In this document: in pieces, positions 48,446 through 63,400 of the stretch
How positions within the stretch are numbered: position 1 is the stretch's first letter
How the letters are laid out: every line of letters begins with the position of its first letter
Assembly: GCF_964188315.1 (NCBI RefSeq)
Contig: NC_135655.1
Coordinates: 29,636,001 to 29,700,000 of the forward strand
Direction of reading: 5' to 3'
Length of the DNA stretch: 64,000 nucleotides
Source of the DNA: Podarcis muralis
Taxonomy: Eukaryota
Notes under the pieces: generated by a model
Told to the model about the DNA's origin: nothing
Seen by the model: the letters and a program-made list of their open reading frames with translations, nothing else
Database searches by the model: none
Program-made: the position numbers and the translations under genes

Positions 48446-51400
48446 ATGGATGATATTATGGCGAACCTGAAGACCTTTCAGCCCGACTATGGAGCAGGGA
48501 TACATGAGCCCCTGATGAGCTTAAAATGTCGTGCCAAAGGACTGACAGTGACTGCCTGTGCCCACGCATTCTTCTTCTGCAGACTGCTCCAAGCCACCAG
48601 GTAAAGTAAGGAACAAAAATCATTCCTGTAAGATTTCCTGCTGTGGATTAAAGCTGCATTATATTAATGGAACACCACTTTCTTCCCTTTTTCTCAGTCT
48701 GTGGTCTACATGGGCAAAGCATAAAGGGACCTCACACACTTTTATCTTAAGACTTCATTCTGACTTGTGCAGCTTTCCTCCTTCTGTTTTTATAATGAAT
48801 TGATTTTAGAATGCTGTATTATTTTACTGTTGTTAGCCACTTTGAGCCCGTCTTCAGCTGGGGAGGGCAGGATATAATTATTATTTTTTAAATTCTTCTT
48901 CTTATTATTATTATTTTATTTCAACAGTTTGAGTTTATTGATCTGTCCATGATGCAAGACATTGTTTGTAATGGATATTAAAGAGGGATGAAAATCACAT
49001 AGAATCATAGAATTGTAGAGTTGCTTTTTATTTTTGCTATTGGGTGCTGGATGTTGCTTGTGTAATCTCATTGTATTTATAGTATTGACATTTTTCATAT
49101 GGTATTATATTTGCTGTTGTGTTGTTTTGCTATGTTATTATGAAATTGTTTGTGAGATGCCTTCCTGTTTTCTTGTTGCAGGCTACTTTTAGCATTTTTG
49201 TGCATGTAAAAGCAGCCTACAAATAAAACGAATGAATGACACTGCCATTTATGTTCTTCCTCAGGCAGAAAAGAGAGGGTGACAGCCAAGGCCTGAAGCT
49301 TGGGATTATTGGTGGAGGCCATATTGGGAAACAGCTGGCCAGGACAATGTTGCATCTGGGTGGCATGTCAGGAAAGAGCATCCAGATATCTACAAGGCGT
49401 CCAGAAACTCTGGGTAAGACTCAGGTGCTTGACAGGCATTCAGCAATCAATTTAGTAATCACAAAATTTAGGTGCACTCCTGCCTAGAGATCCAGGTGGA
49501 GGTCTAGGTAGAGGGAAATAACTAGATGGAGGGAAGCTTAGAACAATGAAATCCTTTCCAATAATCATCCCTGAAGATAAAGAGGAGGAATATTAAAAGT
49601 CTTTTTATAGTTTTTGAAAGGTGGCCAGTTTCTGAGGTTTGGCGATTTTCGAATTATAGACTTTAAATCTGAGTTTTTGAAATAGTGCCAGGTGATTATT
49701 ATTTTTTTGCATTTGTTTCTGGGATAGAGGCTTCAGTCCTCCATGGCCCAGAAGAACTGTGGTGTATGACAGCTATCTGTGGTCATTATGCAAAGTTCTC
49801 AAAGTGTCATCAGACGAGAGGACTTGGCTATAATGAAGTCATCTCGCATCACTCTTGTGGCCCATTTTCTTTCATGTTAATGTATTCAAAAAGAAATTAC
49901 AGACATTAACTCCATCCCAATGCCCTCTACATTAAGACAGATGGAAAACATCCTCATAAGTACACTATGTGCTATAAGGGCATACCTAGAGATGTTCTTA
50001 GTGGCTTCTCTGTAACTATGCTATACACCTCCCGAGGAAGCAGAGGCTGCACATCATCTGGAAGTGATGGTGGAAGAAGCTTTTTACTGAAACTGGCTTT
50101 TAATGGTAGAGAAAGGTAGGATACAATAATCAGCATTCTGCTTGGTACCCACTTCAGATTATTGGAACGGTGTATGCTATACAAACCAAGTGAGCTGTCT
50201 CTGTGTGTAGGATCACACAACCTTGCAGTGCAGTCCTAAACAGGTTTACTCAGAAACAAATCCCTCTGTGCTTGGGTGAGAGCACCACTGTGCTCTTAGC
50301 TGCAAGTGCATGGGGTTGCAACCTCAGGAATTAAATAGGTGGCCATTCTTATGCCGGAACAAGAGATCATTCTTCCTCTCCATTGTCTTTTCCAGGAGAA
50401 TTTGAGACACTGGGAGTTGCCTGCTTTTATGACAACAGGAAGCTGGTGGGCTGGGCAGATGCTGTATTTCTCTGCTGTCTTCCGTCTCACCTCCCACACA
50501 TTTGTGCAGAAATCCAGGATGCACTTACAAAATGTTGCATTATCTACAGCTTGGTCACAGCTATCCCTCTGCCCAGGTACTGTGCATTAAAACATCAGAG
50601 CTAGCTTAATTTGAATATATCATCCAATTGTGTGACACAACTTAAAAGCAACAAGTAACTATTTCCTCTGAGTTAAGCAATTGCTGGTGTCACAGTTGTG
50701 GTGAACCTTACCTATTCAAGGTGACCCTTCCTAGTACTATCTGCTTTACTTGGGAACTAGATCTAAGGATTTTGCTCATATTATATTTTAGAATTCTGAG
50801 ACTAGCAGTGCAAATCTATGCATGTTTACTCAGAAGCAAGTCTCAAGGAAACTCTCCCAACTAACTGTGCATCAAATTATAGCTTGGGACCGCAATCCTA
50901 TGCACATTTCCCCCAAGAATGCACAGCTAGTATTATAATTAGGTGTGTGACAGTGCTTAGTTTGTGCCATTTGATGCAAAACATGTACATTCTGGGTTAT
51001 AAGGAAAGCCATGTTTGAAGTTTTTCCAATGTAACTTAAGCAGGGCACACTACCAGATGTCTTTGGTTTCTTATCTGCTTATACTATGACACACACTTGC
51101 TCACTCACTGCAACCATGGTACAAGCTTGAACCCCTAAAACCTCACATTGCTCAGAGATTGACACATTACAGAATGACCATTCTGGCCTGTATTGTGAGT
51201 TTTCTTAAGGATGTCAGGAATGGTGATTGCAAACATATCGTTTTCATAGTACCAGGCTCCACCCATATCTTCCACCGAATATTTAATCAGTGTGTTGTTT
51301 TAATGGGATTGCTTTATTGTATATTTTAATGATGAGTTTATGTTTCAGTGTTTTAATGGGATTTTTATTGTGAATTTTAATCATTTATATTTTAATGCTT

Positions 51401-54400
51401 GTGCAACTGATTTTTAGACTTGTAAACCACTTAGAACCCTGTTTTGGCATTAAGGGGTATATAAATGAATAACTACAGCAGCAACATGTAGAAATTGGGG
51501 GCAGTGATTACAATCCAGTCCAGTGAGCCCACACACATGCATGAATGCATTTTGAAGGCATGTAATAGGGGACTCAGCTACATTCAGGCAATGATATCGT
51601 TAAACATACGACACCAGATGGTGCTGTAGTGTCTGAGCCTTTGTCAATGTGATTTTCCATAATGAGCTTTAGAACATGTTTTATCATTCTTCTTCTGCCT
51701 GCTTGCCTCTCAGACCAAAGTCCATCTGATTAACTCTGCTCTTATTTGCTTTTAGGCTGAAACAACTTCTTTCCTCCAATAACATCTTGAGGCCACAGTA
51801 CAAGTTTGTGGAGAGTGGACTTTTTCAGATGTGGGAGGCCAGCAGGACAGTTGTGGAAGCCCTCAAAGACCCAGCTGTTATCCAAGCCACATGTCCCTGT
51901 AACCCTAATGGTAGGTGAACTATCTTTCTTCACTTTGCAGCCTGTATGCAGAAGAGAGCTTGGTTATTCTTATGTGGTTAATTTAATGTTCACCTCTTAT
52001 AATCAAAGCCCAGCTTTTGTATCTGTATGCAGGGAGGTGAAATAGGTTCATTTGCCATGTCCTGGATCACAATGCACAAAATAAACCATCCTCCAAAAAC
52101 ATAGGAGGCCTTCTGACATCTCCCCGCTATATGTGGCAAATGAGTGATTATATCTGAGCATTTCCAATACTTAACGTTTGTATCTGAATATTTTGTTCAG
52201 CCCACCTGCTGTTAAAAGCAAAGTTCACTTTTGCTACAGTTTTAACCATTTTCTTTTTTAGTCTTGGATGTTTGAACCCCATTTCTGTTAACATTTCCAC
52301 TCCCCCCCCCCCCCATTCCACAGCTTTCTTTTCTCTCACTCTCTACCACCAGAAGTCTGTCCTCTGTCCCTGCGTTGGTCAATTACCCCTTCTCAGTGCT
52401 TTTTTTCTGGGGGTACACACGGATACGCATACTTTTTTGAGTTAAAATGAGAGTAACCCTAAACATGTAAAAAAACAACAACAACAAAACAACACTGCCT
52501 CTTATAATTTTTCTCTCCAGCCCAGAAATGGAGTCTCAGATGCAGATGCACCATCCATTATAGCTGGCTGCCATCAGCTTGGGAAAAGTGGCACCAGCAT
52601 CACATGCCTACCTCTGAGACTCAATCCACACATGCAGCAGAATGAGATAGTGGAGTGGGCTGGAAGTGAGAGAAATTATTTTTGTTCATGCTTCCCCCAT
52701 TATTATTTTTTTTAAAAGCTTCCAGTAAATAAAGAAGTAGCATATTTGCAAAAGGCAACTGAGCTCCTTGCTGCGCTAGTTTTCTATGTACAAGGACTTG
52801 TTTCTACAGAAGATTTTAAAAATGTGATTCATCCACCTGTAATCCTAAAGTAGTAGCTGCCTCAGAAGTCAACCATTTTATTCTTGACTCATTTAGCTGC
52901 CTGTCAGGTCAGAGTCTGTATCCACGGACAGGAGGAGAGATGCAGGTATTCTCTCAGCCCAATTCCCATTCATGATCCTGCTTGTGTGGGCCTTATATGT
53001 TTTCCCCAAAAAGGTGCAGGAAAGGGCCTCAGACAATGGCAATCCCTAACCAGGGAGAAGGGTCACAAATTGAAAGGAAAGGTTGGCTTAAGGGCTGCAT
53101 CATGTTGTGCAGGCCTGGCCTAGCAGTATGGTGAACCAAACACTTTGTATGTCTAATATAACATTTGTGTTATCTTACAGCGGAAATTGTTGTCAATACA
53201 AAGTGGCTGGCAGCAGTTTTCTATGCAGCTCTAAACAGCTACACATGGCAGCGTGTAACCTACATGAGAGCCCTGCTCTTCCTTAATGAAGCGTGTTTTC
53301 CTGCAAAAGCTAGCACCACCTCCTTAGATAATAGATCGGAATCGCCAGAGCTAGTTTGTGAAAACTTCATCAACCAAGCCTTCGCTTCCACCCTGCAATG
53401 TAATAAGTAAGTATGACAAACTAGAAATTTACTCTTGACCTACTGAGCATTTTAAAAAGTGGATGGAGCTTCATCTATGCATGATACTGAATTAGAAACA
53501 CGCTTTCCAAGTAAAAGAACCCTATGTTCTTCGGTCCTGATGACCCAACCCCCCCATTTTCTTGTTCTCCAAACCCTACTCAGTTTAAACTTCCAGAAGA
53601 CATAGAGTTTATATAACTGGATAGTTTAACATCTGGGGTTAGTGTCTGCTTGAGACAGGGTTAAACCTAAAGTTAGGCAGTTGCGTGGAAGTTGTTGGAA
53701 ATGTTTCCATGTGGTAGTGAGTTCCTAACATTGAAAAATCATGCATCCTGTGTATAGTCCTGATTGTGTGTGGGGTTGCTATACCATTGCCATGGCCACT
53801 AAGTATATGCAGCACTGGCATGGGACTCTGGTGTGCAAGAATGGATGCTACCTTTCCCCATGCTTCAGTTCTGCTGAAAATCCCCATCCAGACTGTTATT
53901 GGCTTAAAGAGGTAAGCTTCTACCGACTGTTATTGCTAAAAGGGAAGAAACATTAAGGTGACATTCAACTAAATACTTGTACTAGCGCAATAGGATTTCC
54001 TTTCCTCTCTCTGCACATGCCCCATGCATCTGCTCGTGAGGGTTGGGAAAACCTCCAGCACAAATTTAGGGGGTGCATGGAGAAAGGGGGGGGGGTATGT
54101 TTTGTTGCACAGGGAGAAATCCTTGCGTTGATGGAATGTTCACCTTAGCGCTATGTTGAATACAACCCATCAAATGCATTTAATGCCATCTCTGTTGTGG
54201 ACTGACCAAGAGAAGGCAGCTTCCAAGCTGTGCAGTATATTCTGTTCGTTGTTCTTTTGTCTTGTTTTCTCTTAGCAGCCCTTGCATAGAAAGAAAGAAA
54301 GAAAAGTGGTTAGCAAGTTAAATATTAAATCTTCCCATTTTTATCTGCAAGACCTCTATAACAACAAAAATATAAGGATAGAATGGTGGCATTTATATGT

Positions 54401-55530
54401 GCGGAAGTTGCCCAAGGTCGTTTGACCCTTTATAAAATATCATTCTCTTTTTCTCTCCTAGAAAAGACTGTGTAAGATTAGAGTTTAGAGTTTAAACATA
54501 GCACATTACTTTACTTGGTATGCTAAAACACATTTACATTAATATATGAGACTGGCTAAATATGTAGAGACTTATATTCCAAGGCACATAGCAGCATAAA
54601 ACAACAACTGCTGCTCTCATTGTGAAACTCACTCTCACTCCCTACAGTTGATAACAGACCTAACTGAAAAAAACACCTACTGTGGTGACATTATAGAATT
54701 CTATACTACATTAATTCTTTCCATAGCATTTTGGATGCACCACTCCCTTTGGTTTCAAATATGCATTCAATAGTAACAACAACAACAACAACAACAACTT
54801 ATTATTTATACCCCGCCTGTCTGGCCGGGTCTCCCCAGCCACTCTGGGCAGCTTCCAACAAAACACTAAAATACAATAACCTATTAAACATTAAAAGCTT
54901 CCCTAAACAGGGCTGCCTTCAGATGTCTTCTAAAAGTTTGGTAGTTGTTGTTGTTTAGTTGTTTAGTCGTGTCCGTGACCCCATGGACCAGACCACGCCA
55001 GGCACTTCTATCTTCCACTGCCTCCCACAGTTTGGTCAAACTCATGTTTGTAGCTTCGAGAACGCTGTCTAACCATCTTGTCCTCTGTCGTCCCCTTCTT
55101 GTGCCCTCAATCTTTCCCAACATCAGGGTCTTTTCCAGGGAGTCTTCTCTTCTCATGAGGTGGCCAAAGGACTGGAGCCTCAGCTTCACGATCTGTCCTT
55201 CCAAAGTTTGGTAGTAGTGACCTATATATAAATGTTTTCTGTTCCCCTAGTACTTTCCCATGGTTTGACCTGACAGCTGTACAGCAAAGGGACTCACCTT
55301 TTAGCCAGTTTCTTGAATCAACTACATCTTTCCAGAAAGTTGCTTTATTATATCGTAACTTGATTGCTGTATTATCTACAAACACTGAAGAATCAATTAG
55401 CGCTGTCTCTAAGAAGACATCTCTTTCAGCTGTGCTACTGAACCCCACCAAGACTTTGATTCATGGCCTAGATGGGACTTTCATAAGCAAAGTAGAAGAG
55501 GGATCTAGTTCTGATTCTGAAGAGACATAA
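48446..55530 (+). CDS. NOXRED1: NADP-dependent oxidoreductase domain-containing protein 1 (P5C-reductase-like), 381 aa
   Basis: Exons: 48446-48600, 49265-49413, 50396-50576, 51756-51910, 53181-53406, 55251-55530. Total 1146 nt, open frame. Contains ACAHAFFFC, the Rossmann motif [35 protein letters not shown] and [10 protein letters not shown]. The start codon is uncertain because the frame stays open upstream to an ATG at 48182. Confidence 0.93.
54775..54945 (-). mobile_element. L2/CR1-group LINE 3' end
   Basis: The minus frame ends [16 protein letters not shown], typical of an L2-type ORF2 terminus, then a short 3' UTR and a (GTT)n tail. Confidence 0.65.
54946..55202 (-). mobile_element. 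Bov-B (RTE) LINE 3' fragment, 5'-truncated
   Basis: The minus frame reads [39 protein letters not shown], a typical RTE/Bov-B ORF end. (AAC)n tail; 13-bp TSD AAAGTTTGGTAGT at 54933-54945 and 55203-55215. Confidence 0.9.
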
Positions 55531-55820
55531 ATTAATTATGGTGTGACTCCAGTCAAGAAGAAGTAGGAAAGGTATTGCTTTTAATCTCAGTACTAAAACC
55601 TATGTAAGTATTAAGTAACTACTACCCTTTCTAACCACATACATTTCAGGAATCCAAATAGTGATTTGTAATGAAAAAATATATCAATAGGGGGTGATAT
55701 TTAGCAATGGAAAGTTTGTAACACAGGCTAAGCAGGGAAGAATTGCTACAAACTGAATCTCAGGAATGACATGTTTTTAAAATGTTTAGATCCTATCATA
55801 TCTACGCTATGGTGTGGTAA

Positions 55821-55826
55821 AATAAA
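55821..55826 (+). terminator. Poly(A) signal candidate, NOXRED1
   Basis: AATAAA about 290 nt downstream of the stop. Confidence 0.45.
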
Positions 55827-56506
55827 GTGAAAAGAAACACTAATATAATTATTAGCCATTTGTTCTTTTACCTCTCATGTAGCTAAACCTGTACTCCTTC
55901 ATCTGCCACTGTTTTTCTCTAAACCTCATAGCTGAACACAAGTGATTTAAATAAATAACATATGCAATGTTGCAATACAATGGTGATGAACAGCTGCCTC
56001 AGTTCAGGATAAATGGAAAACAGGAACATCACTTCTTAGCTGAAGCTAAGCATGATCACTTGAAAATATATTCAACGAAAAACTGTGGAACACAACTTCT
56101 AAGCAATCCAATGAACACAGTGTCCATTGCTTCATGAATAAAATTTTGTGTGAACGCGGCCTATGAAGCAAAATCCATATTTTATGAACTCAAGGATGAA
56201 TACAAAATTCTGTGGCATAAAATGTAAATATCCAAAACCATAGATTCAGAGTTTTTTATATTATAAAAACACTTGACATTTACTATACACTTCATATAGA
56301 TAATCAAGGTAATCCTTACAAATGTGTACTGTAGATGGAGATACTATGGATGAGGGATGGTTGCTTGACTATGGTTAAATGGTGAGATCATGGCTGGGGC
56401 AAAGTTTTAACCGTGGCTTTCACAGTGCACGTTCACAGCCATCACACTACAGTCTGGCTCACACACCTTGTTAAGACAAACCATAGCTCCAATGACAATA
56501 TACATA

Positions 56507-56731
56507 CAGTCAAACCTCAGATCCCAAACACCTCCATTTTGGAATGTTTCGGCTCTCGAACAAAGAAAACCCAGAAGTAAATGCTCCAGTTTTCAAATGT
56601 TTTTCAGAAGCCGTATGTCCAATGTGGCTTCTACTTGAGTGCAGGAAGCTCCTGCAGCAAATTGGAAGCCACACCTCAGTTATTGAACAGGCTTCCGGAA
56701 CAGATTGCGTTCGTCAACCGAGGCTTGACTG
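56507..56731 (+). mobile_element. Tc1/mariner MITE, CAGTCAAACC-ended, second copy
   Basis: TA|CAGTCAAACCTC ... GAGGCTTGACTG|TA; the interior aligns by eye with 9277-9516. Confidence 0.8.
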
Positions 56732-57282
56732 TACTGCTAATGTGCTGCACTAAGCTAAACCATGGTTTGGCTCATTGATCCCTGGGCTCATGGTTTTGTT
56801 CTCTCCACACTAACCACAAGCTTTAAGATTTGCTCTAAGATTTACAGTTTATGGTTTGCCCAGGGTACCTAAACCATAAGCTTGTGTTTGGATGATATTA
56901 TAAGTCAGACCATGTCTTAGCTCAGTGCAGTAGCAGAAAGAGGACCAAATCATATGCAATCTCCTCTCCAGGAGCCTCCACACACTTGTACGCACACTTG
57001 GGCTAAGCAATGGTTTAGGGTTAGGCTGTTGTGTGAATCAGGCCAATGTGAGCCCTCACAAAGAGCAAGGAAAAGACCTTAAGATAAACTCCAGTAAGAA
57101 CACTCTCCTGTGTTTCTGTGTGCTGTTTCTGTGTTGACACCACAGCTGCATGACTGTCCTCTTTGCCATGTTTAGGATTAGGCTGCAGAAAAGCACATCT
57201 CTGTTTGCTCTGCAACCACTAGTCCAACTAGCTGCTCAGTGAATGGGGACCACACCCAACTTGATAGTGTTAAAAAACCCAA

Positions 57283-57288
57283 TTTATT
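57283..57288 (-). terminator. Poly(A) signal candidate, SAMD15
   Basis: AATAAA on the minus strand only 13 nt after the TGA. Confidence 0.5.
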
Positions 57289-57301
57289 TCTTTTGGGAAT
57301 A

Positions 57302-59895
<2,594 letters not shown>

Positions 59896-59912
59896 GTCCC
59901 CTGCCAGCCCCG

Positions 59913-59947
59913 AGCAGCGGCAGCAGCAGCAGCAGCAGCAGCAGCAA
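59913..59947 (+). repeat. (CAG)n tract, read as (CUG)n in the SAMD15 5' UTR
   Basis: gcagcggcagcagcagcagcagcagcagcagcaac, about 20 nt upstream of the SAMD15 ATG. Confidence 0.9.
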
Positions 59948-60287
59948 CGGCGCCGCTATGGCAACGCGTCCTTCCTGGAACGGTCTCCATGGCTACCAGC
60001 GCTTCCGGGAAGTGCGCCGCCTTTCCTTTCCCCATCCCGCCCGCCAGAGAAGCCTCTGTAGCAGCCTGACGAAAGCGGCCCTTTCGAAAGCGGCCGGCTT
60101 TAGGCGGGAACTACGTAGGGCGGAGGCCCGAGAGGAGGAGGAGGAGGAGAAGGAGGCTGCGGTGGTGGTCGCGGGTGAGGGAGGGGGACGGGAGCGGCTA
60201 CGATCGCCGCTCGGCTCTTTCCGGCTTTGCTCGGCTCCGCTCGACCCTCCCCGGCTGCTTTCGGGCGGCTCAGCCCTCCGCCTTCCC

Positions 60288-60459
60288 ATGTCGGACGTGC
60301 TGGCCGCCGCCGCCGCCGTGGGCACCCGCTTCGAACCCTCCGCGGCCAACGGCTTGGGAGGAGGAGGCGGGGACGGCGGCGGCGACAGTTGCCCCGCTGG
60401 CGGGGCTGGAGACGACGAGAAGAAACCGCGCCTCACGCCTCCGCTGCCGCCTTCCTCAG
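60288..60459 (+). CDS. TMED8: TMED8 (GOLD-domain protein), first coding exon only
   Basis: ATG TCG GAC (MSDVLAAAAAVG...PPLPPSS) ends at the phase-1 donor CAG|GTACTT. It is head-to-head with SAMD15 in a CpG island, and vertebrate TMED8 begins MSD. The exon is poorly conserved, so identity rests mainly on synteny. No later exon was recognised in the window. Confidence 0.72.
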
Positions 60460-63400
60460 GTACTTCAGGGGCCTCCCTCGCGGCTGCGGGGTGGAGATAG
60501 CGGGGCCGGGGGCAAAAGAAAACGCCGTCTCTGTCAGGGCCTTCCCCCTCCCCGGGGACTGACGGAGCGCGGGAGGAGGGCCCGTGTGGCTCGCCACCTC
60601 CCTCGCTCCCTGGAAGGTCCCCTGACAGCGGCGCTGCAGGCAGAAATCCAACAGGTGCCCCCTCCCTGTGGCACGCGTGTGCGCCACCTGTTGAACTTCT
60701 GCCGCTCGGGGAGCTTCTTGGCATTCAATAAGCAAAACGAGGGGAGCGGCGAGGTCGCGACGGGAGGCGTTTACTCTGGGGGAAACCGGGTTGGGGCGCG
60801 CGGCGAGGAGCCCGGGCTGAGGCGCTGGGGGTTGGGGCTGCTCTGCTGGCGCTGCAGGTGTTCGAGGCGAGGCGTCGCGGAAGCCTGAAAAGAGTCATCC
60901 TGAGGCCGGCTGGGGGTCCTGAAAAGACAGTTGCTGGCCGCCTCCTGGTCAGTAGAAAGAACAATCCATTTCTGTTTCCAGACAGACCCTCCTAGACTTC
61001 CGTTTTAAGTATCCAGTCGTCCTTGGTTTGATGCCTTCGAAAACTCGAGGTGCAAGTGAATCGCTCGAGGGAGTATGAAGACCATGGGGTTTTCTTCTGA
61101 ATAAATATTTGTAGGATTGGACTGTCATTGTAGTTCCGTGGTTTTTCCTAAGGAACTCAGCGCATCCTTTCCTCCCAGGGACATGGGTTAAAAAGGACCC
61201 CTACCCTTTTGGGATTTTCGCCTTTGCACGCCATTTTCCATGACAACATAGTGCTTAAGCTACAAGTAATAATTAAAGTTAAGTTTACATGCGTCCTTTC
61301 ACTATCGTATACATCTGTAGATGTGCTAGCTCCATCCATACCAGAATTTATGCCTTGAGTGTTGGCAGATTACGCATTTTTCTGCAATTGTCGTTGCTTG
61401 GACAAGTGGTTTACTGGTTGGATAAATTGTCACCTTTTCTTTATGTTGATCAGTTGAAACCAAGGTACAAGGAAGAGTCATGCATATTACAGAAGACCAG
61501 GGTATTAGGTGTGTTGGGGCAAGGCAGAATTGCGGCATGAAAGACTTCCTGAAGATGGGCTGCCCATATTGATGTTCTTCACAATTGTGGTATCCCAGTA
61601 GCTAGAAGTGGAACCAAAGAGCATAAACTCATTTCCATTGTAACAGAAAGATCAGCGTTAAAAATAACTGGATATCACAGAATCACTTTAATAAGGAGAT
61701 CACCAAGAACTTAATCAGTACTGTGTAGAACAGTATTGAACAGGTGTCAGAACAAAATCATAATACTGCATTATATGTTTTGCAGTAACCATCAATGTTT
61801 TATTTATCAATCAAGAAATAGTGTGGTGGAGCATAATATACTGCAGTATTGCTTGTTTGATGAGCTTGTTTGATATTCTTGTTTGTCAGGAGCTAGCCTT
61901 TAATAGCTTTTGTTCCCTTGGGTTACTGCATTGTTTAATTTTTCCCTCAGCATACCAGTTGTTTTCTAATTGGGCTAATGCACCTTGGTGTAACTGTTGC
62001 ATCAGGTAGCAGACAGTAGTGGCATTGCCATGAACTTCTTTGCTTTCTTGTTTTATGCACCAGACACTTCACTTTTAAAATCTCAAGTGTAATAACACAG
62101 CATAGAGAGGTTTAAGTGAAAGCAATGGAAATGTGTTGTTGACTAATCATTAAAATGGAGGATCCTAGAAATCAGTGGTAGATTTAAAAGTATACACCCT
62201 GTGCACAGACTTAAGACTCTGTGCAGCTTAGCCCCCACCCCAGTTGTTGTTATTATTTATTAGTCACTTAGAAAAAGTGACCTACAAACAGTAGAAATAA
62301 TGAAGTCAATTACAATTAGCACAGCCAATAAATACCTTAAAAAACTGAAAATCTATACAAATAAAAGGCAGGTCTAAGCAGATCCTGCCCCAGAAAATGA
62401 GGCCACAAATACTTCAAAACCCCATTAGTATACATTGGTATCTGAGAGGATACCTTTGATCAGAATATCCCTATTTCAAATCTAGTTTCTGCCATCTGAA
62501 TTCAACGGTAGACATAAGGAAGCCATAGACTTAATCTCTCACCTTCAGTTATCAGCAGGATAATTTCTGACAATTGTTTGTAAGGATCACAGCAAAATAA
62601 TGTATGTGGAAGTGCTGTGTAAATGCCAAGTCCCCCCCACCACTGAATAAGCAGTGCCTAATGTTAGTTAGCTCCCACATATCAATATCAATATGCAAAG
62701 GATGTTGAGTAATAATAATAAGTGAAATATAAAAATGGAATCATCTGTTGCTACAGTATTGGGTGTCAGTGCTGGCTTTGAGACAAGCTGGTGATTCTCC
62801 TAGATGGAGATTGGAGTTCTGGACTTTTTTCTCCTGTGTTTGCAAAGCTAATGCACTTCTTTTCTTCTTAAAAACACACAACTCTCACTGTGCAGCTGTG
62901 ACAACCTTAAAGTAAATACCTGCTTCTGTTCTGGTTCCCTATTATTGGTTACCTTCTATAACTGTGGGAGGAAGTCTCCCTCACCACACTTCTTTCCCCT
63001 TTATTTATTTATGGGTTAATTGTGGTGATCCTCAGAACTTCTAAGCCATTGATGGGTTTGGATTCTAAATAATTTGTTTGTTTGTTTTCAATCAAAATCC
63101 TGCACGAAAGGGAAGCCCCCAATCATATTATGCAAACAATATTGGAGCCCCCCACACCTGTACTATAATTTCTGCTCAACAGCTTCTCTCAAAACCCGGA
63201 CAGTTGCTGCCTACACATTTTCAAGTCTTATCTTCACATCCTTAAGAGCTAAAAATGTACATTTTAAAAAAATGAATACAAACAAAACCAGCTTGAAATT
63301 GTTAGCATGCTGAATACTGTACTTGATGCCAAAATCTATACTGGCTTAAGGAAATTGTAGAATAGCTTTACTGTATTTGTAGTACGGTACAGTATCCTTA

